NCBI GenBank assembly: GCA_034926785.1
Contig: JAYFQU010000009.1
Span: 118 to 64,117 of the forward strand
Direction of reading: 5' to 3'
Origin: Christensenella sp.
Lineage (GTDB): Bacteria > Bacillota > Clostridia > Christensenellales > CAG-138
Length of the DNA stretch: 64,000 nt
The notes under the pieces are model-generated. The model was not told the DNA's origin. It did no database searches and was given only the letters and a program-made list of their open reading frames with translations. The translations under genes and the position numbers were made by a program. Shown piece after piece: positions 8,400 to 17,315 of this stretch. How positions within the stretch are numbered: the first letter of the stretch is position 1; each line of letters opens with the position of its first letter.

Positions 8400-9848
8400 T
8401 TAGAGACTGTCCCCAAAATCCTTGCGGAACTTCGCTACCAGCTGTTCCTGCCAGTCTCCGATGGGTTCCAGACGGCCAAAGAAGAAGCGGAGCGTCGCCG
8501 GCTCTTCGACAAAATTCAGTCCGCCGACCAGCGCGCGGTTTTCAAACAGCCAGCTGATGCGGTCTACCGCGTAGAGAATCTGGCTCATGGTAAACACGCG
8601 GCGCGGGAGGGCGAGGCGCAGCAACTCCATGCTTGCGATGGGCTCCGTTCCGTCCGGCTCGCGCTGTTCGGAGAGGGTTCCGCGCTCCATTCCGCGCACG
8701 CCGCCTGCGAGGTAAACCGCGGTTGCGAGCGCAGCCGCAGGGTAGACATGGTCGTCCAGATGCGAGAGAAACTTTCTCGCGTTGATGTGGCAGCCAAGGC
8801 CGCCGGCGGGGGTGACGACGGGTACGCCGCGCTTCTTTAGCTCCGCAGCCATGAACTCGATGAACTGCGGCCCTTGCGAGATCACGGTTTCATCCATCGT
8901 TTCCTCCAGACCGACCGTCATAGCCTCCATCTCGCGTACGCTCATGCCGCCGTAGGTGAGAAAGCCCTCGAAGAGCGGGATGAAATCCTTCATGCGCTCA
9001 TAGTGGCCCTTGTCGTTCATCGCCATACCGCCGCCGCGCGCAAAGCCGAGCTTTCGAGCGGAGAAATAGATGATATCCGCGTTGGCGCAGATGGCGCGCG
9101 TGATTTCGCGAATGCTCCAATCCCTGCAGGCGGCCTCGCGCACCTTGATGAAGTGCAGATTGTCCTGCATCAGGCTCGCGTCCAGCACGACCATGATGCC
9201 GTGTTCATGGGCGATCTTCGCCGTCGCGGTCATGTTTTCCAGTGAGAAGGGCTGACCGCCGATGAGGTTTGTGCCCGCCTCAAGGCGGATGAAGGGGATG
9301 TTCTCCGCGCCGTTGCGCGCGATGCATTCCTTGAGCTTGTCCAGGTCGATGTTGCCCTTGAAAGGAAAGTCGCTCTCGGGGTTGAGACCCTCGTCGATGA
9401 CGATCTCCTCCACGCGCCCGCCGACGCGCGTGATATGCGCCTTTGCAGTGGTGAAGTGGAAGTTCATCGGCACCACGCTGCCGGGCTTGACGAACGACTC
9501 CGCGATGATGCTCTCGCAGGCGCGTCCCTGATGCGCGGGCAGAAAATACTTTGTGCCGAACAGCTCGGCGATCTTTGCCTCCAGACGGTAGAAGGTTGCG
9601 CTTCCCGCATAGCTGTCGTCCGCGGTCATCATTGCGGCGGTCTGCTTGTCGCTCATGGCGTTGACGCCGCTGTCGGTGAGCATATCCAAAAAGACATCCT
9701 CGTTGCGCAGCAGAAACGTATTGTTGCCCGCGGCTGTCATCGCTTTGTACCGTTCCTCAACCGGCAGAAGGTTGAGTTTTTGCACGACGCGAACCTTGTG
9801 CATTTCGAGGGGGAGCTTTTCTCCTGAAAACAGTTTAACTTCGCTCAT
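8400..9848 (-). CDS. Beta-eliminating lyase family enzyme (tyrosine phenol-lyase / tryptophanase family, PLP-dependent)
   Basis: The segments NTFLLRNEDVFLDMLTDSGVNAMSDKQ, YAGSATFY, PAHQGRACE, FKGNIDLDKL and the lysine region FSARK resemble TPL/TnaA along the full length. The start was moved to ATG 9848 (MSEVKLF) with RBS GGAGGAAC. Substrate is not assignable by eye. Confidence 0.85.
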   Translation of the reverse strand: MSEVKLFSGEKLPLEMHKVRVVQKLNLLPVEERYKAMTAAGNNTFLLRNEDVFLDMLTDSGVNAMSDKQTAAMMTADDSYAGSATFYRLEAKIAELFGTKYFLPAHQGRACESIIAESFVKPGSVVPMNFHFTTAKAHITRVGGRVEEIVIDEGLNPESDFPFKGNIDLDKLKECIARNGAENIPFIRLEAGTNLIGGQPFSLENMTATAKIAHEHGIMVVLDASLMQDNLHFIKVREAACRDWSIREITRAICANADIIYFSARKLGFARGGGMAMNDKGHYERMKDFIPLFEGFLTYGGMSVREMEAMTVGLEETMDETVISQGPQFIEFMAAELKKRGVPVVTPAGGLGCHINARKFLSHLDDHVYPAAALATAVYLAGGVRGMERGTLSEQREPDGTEPIASMELLRLALPRRVFTMSQILYAVDRISWLFENRALVGGLNFVEEPATLRFFFGRLEPIGDWQEQLVAKFRKDFGDSL

Positions 9849-9963
9849 AATTCTGGTTCCTCCGATAGATCTTCTCTTTTTTTCAAAATGAGCACCCGCA
9901 TGGCTGACTTGCTTCTGAGCGCTGATTTTTCTGTTTCGACCAAACAGACCCCTGCTGCGGAGC

Positions 9964-10312
9964 ATAAAAAAACGCCCCTTGCAGTGTTGCAAGAGGGCGA
10001 TTGCGCATCGCGGTACCACCTCGGTTTGCCGCGTCCTCACGGGCGGCGGCCTTCACGGGTACGGATTCGCGGAGAAAGCCCCGCTGTTTCGATACCCTTC
10101 CTTTGATAACGGGAGGAAGCCCGGCGAAACCCTACTGAAAACAATCAGGTGACCTTCCTGTTCGTTCAGGCGGCGGCTGGTTGCGCGTATTCGCGGGTGA
10201 ATCCGGCTGCCTTGCACCATCCGGCAGTTCTCTTTCGAATCCTTTGCGGCGCTGGATGAGAGCGCCAACCCGTTACTTCTTCGCAGTCATAGCCTGTATG
10301 CTGTTTGATTTA
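9964..10312 (-). promoter_or_regulatory. T-box leader (tRNA-sensing riboswitch), best-fitting specifier UAC (Tyr), with an intrinsic terminator
   Basis: Read on the minus strand. The T-box sequence is AGGUGGUACCGCG (plus 10009-10020). The terminator is cgcccucuugcaacacugcaaggggcg followed by a U-run (plus 9966-10000). Stem I has the K-turn AUGA, specifier-loop 5' side AAGAAGUAA, the AGAGA bulge and the distal GGUGCAA loop. The 3' loop reads GAA-UAC-G (UAC = plus 10187-10189). Confidence 0.85.
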
Positions 10313-10318
10313 TTATGC

Positions 10319-10348
10319 AGTATAAGATGATAGATAATATATTGTCAA
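10319..10348 (-). promoter_or_regulatory. Sigma-A type promoter for the T-box leader
   Basis: On the minus strand: TTGACA, an 18-nt spacer, then TATACT. Confidence 0.5.
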
Positions 10349-10497
10349 GTAAAAACGAAGTTTTTTTGTACACGGAGAGACCATTCTGGTCAAAACTCGC
10401 GAAAAAAGAGCGTCCATCCGCGGCGATCGGGCGTGGTTATTGAGAACCGATGCGGCGTTTTCGAATTTTATGTGGCGAAAAGTTCACGAAATGTTCT

Positions 10498-10526
10498 TTG
10501 CACTCGCCATACACGAGTTGTATAAT
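10498..10526 (+). promoter_or_regulatory. Sigma-A type promoter for the zinc-ribbon membrane protein gene
   Basis: TTGCAC, a 17-nt spacer, then TATAAT (10521-10526). Confidence 0.55.
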
Positions 10527-10594
10527 GGTTGCGTTATATTGGATGGACTATGCGATAAGAATGATTCTCGCTTCAGAATGGAGGAAGTGGATAG

Positions 10595-12781
10595 ATGGTA
10601 TGCAAAGAATGCGGCTCGTATAACGCGGAGAACCTGAGCGTTTGTAAGGGTTGCGGCGCGAAGCTTCGGGAGGATGATACGACCGCCAGCGGCACGGAAA
10701 CCAGAGGCGCCGCGGAGGACGGAAGACCTTCGCGTGATTTTGTTAAGGCGCCGGCCTGGCCCAAGAGCGCCTATAGCGGCGCGCCGGAAAAGCCGGTTTC
10801 CGATACGCCCGCATCTTCGGGTTCTTTTCGCCCGACTATTCCGCCGCGTCCGGCGGCGAGCGCACCCACCGCGACCTGCCCGCACTGTGGCAAGCCGGTG
10901 GTTTCCGATGCGCCGTTTTGCGCATATTGCGGCCAGCGTATCGCAGGGGAGCCCGCTCCCGCTGCCGTGAGCGCGCGACCCGCGGCAAAACCCGCGCCCG
11001 CGGCCGCGCCTTCCCGCGCGACCTATTCCGCCACCGACTTTGACGACGAAGACGATGACGATTATGAGGACGAGGACGAAGAGGATTACAAGCCGAGCAA
11101 ACCCGCGAAGCGCGGCGGCAAGATGGCCCGCCGCGAAGAGCAGGAGGATCTCGACGAATATGACGACGACGAAGAAGGCTATGACGAGGAGGAATACGAC
11201 GACCTGCCGCCCAAGCGCGCCAAGGGTACGACCATTCTCTTCTGGGGCCTGATCGTACTGCTGCTCGCGCTGATTGCGATCTTCGGCATGTACATTGCCA
11301 AGAAGAACTTTGACGGGGACTTTGGCAAGATGTTCGCCTCCATCGGCAGCGTGTTCAACAAGAGCGGCACCGAGGATGTTGGCGCGGCGGATGCAACCGC
11401 CACTGCCGACCCGGAGAGCCAGATGTACACCGCCTCCATCAGCGAATATACCGATCCGACGACGAGCGAGGTCTATTTTGACATCGACATCTACGCGCCG
11501 ACGGGGAGCGCCATCCGCATTATAACGGATGCGACGCTCAAGCAGGACACCACGACGGTTCCTTCCAACAATCATGTGATCCTGCGCATCTCGCGCGATG
11601 TGTTCATGCCCAATGCGCCGGTGGACAGCGAGGTTGTCACCATTACGCCGAACATTCAGGTGATTGCGGCGGATGGCACGACCACTCAGCTCACGGTTCC
11701 GGAGATTACGGTGAATGTTCCCGCCCTCTCTATGACCATAACGGAGCCGACGACGGACACCGTAAACGCGACCTTTGACAACAGCCCGATCGCCATCATG
11801 GGTCAGGTGAATAACTACGACAGCGAGATCGCCGTATTTGTCAACGACGAACAGGTCTATGTGGACAGCACGGGTCTCTTCACCGCAAGCTACACGCCAA
11901 AGGCCGCGCCGATGATCGCCGCGCCGACCGAGGCTCCGGCTGCGAGCGCAGATCCTTCCGTAACGCCGGATCCCGCCGCTACGCCGGAAGCAAGCACCTC
12001 CCCGAGCACCTCCCCCGAGGGTTCGCTGGAGGAAACCGCGGCAACGGAAGCCCCGGCCGCAACCGACGAAACCGGTACGGCAACCGACGCGCTTACCCCG
12101 GCCGGCGGCACGGAGACCATCACCATTGAAGCGCGCAAGAACAACTGCGTCACCGCGCGCAAGGTCATCACCGTTGAGCCGTATGTCATGCAGACCATGT
12201 CGTTCACGGTAACCAATGACCTCGCGGGGCTTTCCTCCTCCGAGGGCAGCGTAACCCTGACCGGCACGGCAACGCCTGGCGCGGTCATCACTGCCACCTG
12301 CCCGTCCGCGGATGTCACATTCGGCCAGGCGGTCGTTTCCGAAACGGGGACGTTCTCCATGGTTGTCTCCCTCGCAAAGGTTGGCGCCTATGATGTCAGC
12401 CTCGTCGGCAAGCTCACGGGCTACTATGACGGTACGCAAACCGTCACGGTGGAACGTCCGCCGTCGGCCTCCTCCAGCTCGTTTAAGAAGGCTGCGGCCG
12501 ATCTGAGCAAGAGCTATGACAAGATTGCCGGCGGAACGGTCACCAGTGGGGACTTCGTCTTCACCGGAAAGATTACGGAGATTATCTCTGCCGAACCGTA
12601 TACGATCTTCCGTGTAGCGTTGTCCAACGGCACAGAGGTCATCGTTGCAAACCGCAGCGCGAAATCGACGATCAACTCTTCGGACCTGAAGGATAAGAAG
12701 CAGATTGCCGGAACGCTCAAGGGACTCTACACCGATGGCAAGACCCCGTTTATCTGGGGCTGGTTCATCTGGAACAAATAA
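10595..12781 (+). CDS. Zinc-ribbon domain membrane protein with a large extracytoplasmic region
   Basis: There are two CxxC...CxxC ribbons (CKECGSYN...CKGCGAKL and CPHCGKP...CAYCGQ). These are followed by a long D/E-rich stretch, one TM helix (TILFWGLIVLLLALIAIFGMYIA), then beta-rich domains and a P/T/A linker. Confidence 0.7.
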   Translation: MVCKECGSYNAENLSVCKGCGAKLREDDTTASGTETRGAAEDGRPSRDFVKAPAWPKSAYSGAPEKPVSDTPASSGSFRPTIPPRPAASAPTATCPHCGKPVVSDAPFCAYCGQRIAGEPAPAAVSARPAAKPAPAAAPSRATYSATDFDDEDDDDYEDEDEEDYKPSKPAKRGGKMARREEQEDLDEYDDDEEGYDEEEYDDLPPKRAKGTTILFWGLIVLLLALIAIFGMYIAKKNFDGDFGKMFASIGSVFNKSGTEDVGAADATATADPESQMYTASISEYTDPTTSEVYFDIDIYAPTGSAIRIITDATLKQDTTTVPSNNHVILRISRDVFMPNAPVDSEVVTITPNIQVIAADGTTTQLTVPEITVNVPALSMTITEPTTDTVNATFDNSPIAIMGQVNNYDSEIAVFVNDEQVYVDSTGLFTASYTPKAAPMIAAPTEAPAASADPSVTPDPAATPEASTSPSTSPEGSLEETAATEAPAATDETGTATDALTPAGGTETITIEARKNNCVTARKVITVEPYVMQTMSFTVTNDLAGLSSSEGSVTLTGTATPGAVITATCPSADVTFGQAVVSETGTFSMVVSLAKVGAYDVSLVGKLTGYYDGTQTVTVERPPSASSSSFKKAAADLSKSYDKIAGGTVTSGDFVFTGKITEIISAEPYTIFRVALSNGTEVIVANRSAKSTINSSDLKDKKQIAGTLKGLYTDGKTPFIWGWFIWNK

Positions 12782-12784
12782 CGC

Positions 12785-13087
12785 GTGAAGATTTGGGCGA
12801 AGATACTCAAACATCATAAGATCATCAACGAGGCCGTGCGGGAATTCCCCGCGCGGCCTTCGGATGCAGAGGGCTGGAATCGCGTGCTGGCGGAGCTTGC
12901 AAAGCCGCTGGACCTTGCCTGCCCCGTATTGCTGGAGAAACACCTGCTGGAGCTCTCGCGATTTAACAGAACGATATTCACGCAGTCGGATTTCATCGAA
13001 AGCGTTTCGTTTGACAAATTCGAGGTAGAGATCTTTCCGGAGAGGAAAAAGGAAAAGCAGGTTTCGTATCTCTATGGTGAAGACTGA
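12785..13087 (+). CDS. Hypothetical protein (100 aa)
   Basis: An ORF with a GTG start 3 nt after the upstream stop. It has no clear RBS. The composition is coding-like but I recognise no family. Confidence 0.4.
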   Translation: MKIWAKILKHHKIINEAVREFPARPSDAEGWNRVLAELAKPLDLACPVLLEKHLLELSRFNRTIFTQSDFIESVSFDKFEVEIFPERKKEKQVSYLYGED

Positions 13088-13111
13088 GCGAAGCAGAACA
13101 GGAGGGATGTC

Positions 13112-13627
13112 ATGCAGATCAAGGAGATGTTTCAACTGGTGCCGGAGACGGCGGAGCAGCTTCCGCGCGGCGCGTTCCTAACGGCGGGTGGCGGCGTTTG
13201 GAACCCGATGACCATCGGCTGGGCGCAGTTCGGCGTGGTTTGGTCCAAACCCGTTTTAACCGTGCTGGTTCGAAAGAGCCGCTATACCTATGGCCTCATG
13301 GAGCAGGCGGAGGTGTTCACCGTCAGCGTTCCGCGCGAAAAGGCGCTCACAAAGGAGATTGCCTTCTGCGGCAGCCGCTCCGGCAGGGATGTGGATAAGG
13401 AGAAAGACTCCGGCTTATCGCGTATTCAGGCGCGGGCAGGCGGCGCGGATGGCGTTGCGGAGTGCCACATCGTGTTTGAATGCCGCATCGTTCAAAAGCA
13501 ACTGCTCGATTTGAACACGCTGGATCCGGAGATTCGTAAAAGGAACTACGGGAGCAATCAAGCTTTGCCGGATGGCGACCCGCATGTGCTCTATGTCGGA
13601 GAGGTGCTTGCGGCCTACAGACTCTAA
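13112..13627 (+). CDS. Flavin reductase-like (FMN-binding split-barrel) family protein
   Basis: 171 aa. The N-terminal pattern GAFLTAGGG..NPMTIGWAQFGVVWSKPVLTVLVRKSRYTY is typical of the flavin reductase-like domain. RBS is AGGAGGG. Confidence 0.7.
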   Translation: MQIKEMFQLVPETAEQLPRGAFLTAGGGVWNPMTIGWAQFGVVWSKPVLTVLVRKSRYTYGLMEQAEVFTVSVPREKALTKEIAFCGSRSGRDVDKEKDSGLSRIQARAGGADGVAECHIVFECRIVQKQLLDLNTLDPEIRKRNYGSNQALPDGDPHVLYVGEVLAAYRL

Positions 13628-13641
13628 TCGGTTCAAAAACA

Positions 13642-13678
13642 AATCAGCCGTTCGCCTGTGCGAACGGCTGATTTTATT
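13642..13678 (+). terminator. Intrinsic terminator
   Basis: A perfect 14-bp stem aatcagccgttcgc / gcgaacggctgatt with loop ctgt, followed by ttatt. Confidence 0.75.
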
Positions 13679-13864
13679 ACTAGCTGCCTGCTCTGAAGAA
13701 ATAAGGAGCGGGCGGCGGAAGATGCGACCCCCCGCGCGCGAACCCTCCGGGGGGATGGACGGTTCGCGCGCATATCTCGTGGGGGAGGGTCAACCCGGAG
13801 GGGGGGCCCGCCGGGCTGCTATGCCATCGTCCAAACGGATTGATTGGGCGTGATGACCGCGCGG

Positions 13865-15169
13865 TTATTGCTCGGCGGGCTTATACTCGCCGAATGTGAC
13901 GGATACGGTTTGCTCCTTGCCGTCGCGCTGAATGGTCAGCGTTGCGGTATCGCCGGAGTTGTAGCCGCTGATGACGGAGGCAAGAGCCGTGTTGGAGGAA
14001 ATCTCCGTATCATCCACCTTCAGGATCAGGTCTCCTACCTTGAGTCCCGCGCTGTCGGCTGCGCTGCCGGAGACGATTTGCGCGATCTGCACACAGCTGG
14101 CTCCGCTGCCGAAGAAGTTGCCGAAGAGGCCGTTGCCCCAGTCGTTCGTTCCGGAGGAGAGGGTGACATCCTGCGTGTAGACGCCGAGGTACGCTCTGCC
14201 GAGTACATAGCCGTGATCGATCAGGTTTGAAATAATGGTCTTTACGCTGCTTACGGGGATTGCGAAGCCGAGGCCTTCCGCGTTGCTTGCACTTGCTTTG
14301 GCGTTTACGATGCCCACCAGCGAGCCGCTGGCGTTGAAGAGGCCGCCGCCTGAGTTACCCGGGCTGATGGCAGCGTCGGTCTGGATCAGCTTCATCTTTG
14401 CGTTTTCAACCGTGACCTCGCGGCTTAGTGCGCTGATGATGCCGCTGGTCGCCGTTCCGCGCAGTTCGCCGAGCGGGTTGCCGATGGCAATGACGTCCTC
14501 GCCAACCGTCAGCATGTCGGAGTCGCCAAGCGACGCGGGACTGAGATTGGTGGCGTCGATTTTGAGAACGGCAAGGTCGCTGCGCGAGTCGGATCCGACG
14601 AGTTTTGCCTCGTGCTCCGATTCATCGTTGAGAATCACCTTGATCGTCTCGGCGCCGTCAACCACATGCTTGCAGGTGACGATATAGCCGTCGTTTGTCA
14701 AAATGATGCCGCTTCCGCTGCCTGCCTGTACCTGCTGGCTGTTGCCGTCCGCGCCGTTGGTGTTGTTTCCGTTGCCGAAGGGGAAGCCGTAGCCGCTTGC
14801 GGTGTAGTAGGTATCGATGCCGACGACGGAGGGCGCTGTGAGTTCTATGACCTGCGCTTTGCTAAATGTGGTAGCAAAACTGCTGGTTGAGGCGTTGGTC
14901 AGCTTGTCGGACCCGCTGGTTGTGGCGTCGCTGAGCGCGTTTTTTGCCGTTTGAGACTGCTGCGTGTTGAGCGCGGAGAGTTGCTCGCCGACGTATTGGC
15001 GCGTATAGAGGCCGCCCAGAAGGCCGCCAAGCAGAACCGCGACCATCATAAACACGATCAGCGTCGAAAAACGAACGCGCCTCGGCTCGCTGCGCCGCGG
15101 GGAAGATGCGCCGCTCTCCTGTGGATGGCCGGTAGAATACCGTTCATACCAATCGTTATTTTGATCCAT
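13865..15169 (-). CDS. htrA: HtrA/DegP-family serine protease with a C-terminal PDZ domain
   Basis: N-terminal TM anchor, a trypsin-like domain with the catalytic TDAAISPGNSGGGLFN segment, and a PDZ-like C-terminus (GLKVGDLILKVDD). Confidence 0.85.
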   Translation of the reverse strand: MDQNNDWYERYSTGHPQESGASSPRRSEPRRVRFSTLIVFMMVAVLLGGLLGGLYTRQYVGEQLSALNTQQSQTAKNALSDATTSGSDKLTNASTSSFATTFSKAQVIELTAPSVVGIDTYYTASGYGFPFGNGNNTNGADGNSQQVQAGSGSGIILTNDGYIVTCKHVVDGAETIKVILNDESEHEAKLVGSDSRSDLAVLKIDATNLSPASLGDSDMLTVGEDVIAIGNPLGELRGTATSGIISALSREVTVENAKMKLIQTDAAISPGNSGGGLFNASGSLVGIVNAKASASNAEGLGFAIPVSSVKTIISNLIDHGYVLGRAYLGVYTQDVTLSSGTNDWGNGLFGNFFGSGASCVQIAQIVSGSAADSAGLKVGDLILKVDDTEISSNTALASVISGYNSGDTATLTIQRDGKEQTVSVTFGEYKPAEQ

Positions 15170-15417
15170 AATAGTAGGTCGCTCCTTTCTGTTGTGCTAA
15201 CAGTATAGAAAATCAATTTGAACTTTCAATAGTACACATTTGAAGAATGCTTGACGAATTTGGGCAGCATTATGGCACGGGAAGCAGGGAAATCCCGTGC
15301 GGACACGCAAGAGCGGAAGGGGGCCTGATACAGGGGGTACATCATCACGGGAGGAAACACGGAGAAATACTGGGGAATTATGGTATAATGCAGGCAGCAC
15401 AGTATGGGGGATATGGG

Positions 15418-16353
15418 ATGCGACGGGGAATCACTGCTTTTTTTGCGGTTCTATTGGCGTTCCTATTACTCTCTGCCTGCGGTGCGGCGCCGCAAGGGCG
15501 GCAAGTGACGGCGGGCATGCCGGATTCGCCGGAGACTCCGGCGCCAAGTCCCGACCCGACAGCAAGGCCAACCTCCGCACCCAGCCTGTCGCCCGTGCCG
15601 GGCGTGGATGCGCCGTGGTATGACGCGCGCAATACGGAGCTGTTTGAGTTGATCAAGCGGGACGGGCCGGCGCGTTCGGACGCGGAGATTCGAGTTGCGA
15701 TTGATCAGATGTTCATCGATCCGGACAAGCCCATGGTTGCGCTGACCTTTGACGATGGCCCGATGCCCGGCGTAACCGATAAAATTCTGGATATTCTGGA
15801 GCGTTATCATGTGCGCGCGACCTTCTTCGTCTGCGGATGGCGCTTTCAACAGAAGTGCATGCAGGATATCGCGCGGCGTATGGTATCGCTCGGCTGTGAA
15901 ATCGGCAATCATACCATGGATCATGCGGATCTCTCCAAACAGAATATTGTGTAGAAACGGGATGCCATTGAGCAGACGAATAAGATTATCTACGACGCAA
16001 CAGGCTATGTGATGCATTCCCTCCGCCCGCCTGGCGGACACAACGAATGGGATGTGAATCGCATCGCCCGAAGCGATGATATGGCGGCCGTGCTCTGGTC
16101 GCAGAGCGGCAACGTGCATGAGTTCGACCCGGTCAAGGTGGCCGAAAACGTGCAAAAGCAGGCCGTCAACGGGCGGCAACTGCAGGATGGCGATATCGTT
16201 TTGTTGCACGACACCAAACCGCATATGGTAGACGCGGTGGAGATTTTGGTCCCGAAACTGCTGGAACAGGGATATCAGCTCGTCACGGTCTGGGAATTGC
16301 TCCATTGTTCAGAGGACGGTTTTACCCCGGGCGTGACCTACCGGCATCAGTGA
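15418..16353 (+). pseudogene. Polysaccharide deacetylase (NodB domain) lipoprotein gene interrupted by a single in-frame TAG
   Basis: Lipobox signal MRRGITAFFAVLLAFLLLSAC. NodB motifs TFDDGP and NHTMDH lie before TAG 15952-15954. Motifs LRPPGG and LLHD lie after it in the same frame (track ORFs 15247-15954 and 16009-16353 are both frame 1). Confidence 0.7.
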
Positions 16354-16420
16354 AACGCGGCTTGCCTAACATGGGGAAAGCTGCAACATGGTGAACAAGT
16401 TTTTCCTGAATACAATCCGA

Positions 16421-16446
16421 AAAACGCCTGATACGGGGCGTTTTTT
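16421..16446 (+). terminator. Intrinsic terminator
   Basis: aaaacgcc ... ggcgtttt stem-loop running into a T6 tract. Confidence 0.6.
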
Positions 16447-16475
16447 GTTTTAATTATGTTTGTTATCCAAATGAA

Positions 16476-16504
16476 TTGACGAGTTGTTCAACATGTTGTA
16501 TAAT
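16476..16504 (+). promoter_or_regulatory. Sigma-A type promoter of the GntR/DUF62/ECF cluster
   Basis: TTGACG, a 17-nt spacer, then TATAAT (16499-16504). Confidence 0.6.
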
Positions 16505-16532
16505 CCACTCAAATAACAGAGAGGCAGAGGGA

Positions 16533-17252
16533 ATGAAGATAGACCTGCACACGACGGGCGTTCCGGCCTATGTAGAAATCTATAATTCGCTGTATGCCGA
16601 TATTACGGGCGGCGTCTACCCCGCGGGCGAATGCCTGCCCGGCGAGATTGCGCTCGCGCAAAAATATCAGGTCAGCCGCAATACGCTCCGCCAGGCGATG
16701 GCGATTCTCTGCGAGGATGGTCTCTTAATCCGTTCCCGCGGAAAGGGAACGCTGGTTGCGCAGCAGCAGGAACCGAAAAACGACGGTTCGCGAAATCCAC
16801 TCACATCTTTTTCAACGGTAACGATCAAAAACACGGACATCCGATATAACTTCACCCCGCCGACGGATATTGCGCAGGCGAAGCTTGCGCTTGGCAAGAG
16901 TGACATTTTGCTGGCAAGCTATCTTGTCTATCACGGCATCGATGCGGTAATCGGCTATTCGTTTGTGCAGGTGCCGGTCAACCTGCTCTCCCGCATGCAG
17001 GTGGATGTCTCCTCGCCGGACGCGATGCACCTCTTTTTAAACGAGGAGCTCTATCAGGCGGCGAGTTATCAGGAAATCTCCCTGAAGCTCATCTTCGTAA
17101 ACGACACGGAGACGGAATATCTGAAGATTGAAGAAGGTACGCCGATTCATTTACTGGAGTGTATTCTCTTTGGCGCGGATCAAACCCCGCTGGCCAGATG
17201 CAAGCACTATATGCGTCCGGAGTACTATAAAATTCAATATACGATACGCTGA
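16533..17252 (+). CDS. GntR-family transcriptional regulator (HutC subfamily, UTRA effector domain)
   Basis: The N-terminal winged helix is LPGEIALAQKYQVSRNTLRQAMAILCEDGLLIRSRGKGTLV. The C-terminal roughly 150 aa are UTRA-like. The start was moved to ATG 16533. Confidence 0.85.
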   Translation: MKIDLHTTGVPAYVEIYNSLYADITGGVYPAGECLPGEIALAQKYQVSRNTLRQAMAILCEDGLLIRSRGKGTLVAQQQEPKNDGSRNPLTSFSTVTIKNTDIRYNFTPPTDIAQAKLALGKSDILLASYLVYHGIDAVIGYSFVQVPVNLLSRMQVDVSSPDAMHLFLNEELYQAASYQEISLKLIFVNDTETEYLKIEEGTPIHLLECILFGADQTPLARCKHYMRPEYYKIQYTIR

Positions 17253-17315
17253 GCGTAAACATGGGTCAACAGACTGTAATTCGATATTATTTGATAGGAA
17301 GCGGGGATAACGGTA

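Noticed and set aside
10199-10201. UUC (Phe) as an alternative specifier of the T-box upstream of the lyase gene
   Set aside because: GGA-UUC-A-CCCG mimics the codon-purine-helix pattern. However, that fold leaves the AGUAA S-turn and the AUGA K-turn misplaced. The canonical fold puts GAA-UAC-G in the specifier loop. The alternative is kept only until a covariance-model alignment is done.
10484-13135. 883-aa ORF on the minus strand, the longest ORF in this part of the track
   Set aside because: It lies entirely antisense to the zinc-ribbon membrane protein gene. The translation is dominated by Arg/Gly/Ala runs with no motifs, which is typical of the antisense frame of a high-GC gene. It has no RBS.
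13690-13860. Very GC-rich spacer downstream of htrA with an 11-bp perfect palindrome (gcgcgcgaacc...ggttcgcgcgc, 13734-13771) and a possible 43-codon ORF after AAGGAG
   Set aside because: There is no second copy in the window and no T-tract on either strand. The spacing from AAGGAG to the ATG is too long (13 nt). The peptide is Gly/Arg/Pro-rich, like GC-driven noise. It may be a weak terminator for htrA, but I cannot support more.
15952-15954. The in-frame TAG in the deacetylase gene, considered as pyrrolysine or another recoding event
   Set aside because: TAG terminates other good genes in this window (18177-18179, 41572-41574, and the minus-strand gene ending at 29937-29939). No pyl genes or PYLIS-like context are visible. 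A simple nonsense mutation or a sequencing error is more parsimonious.
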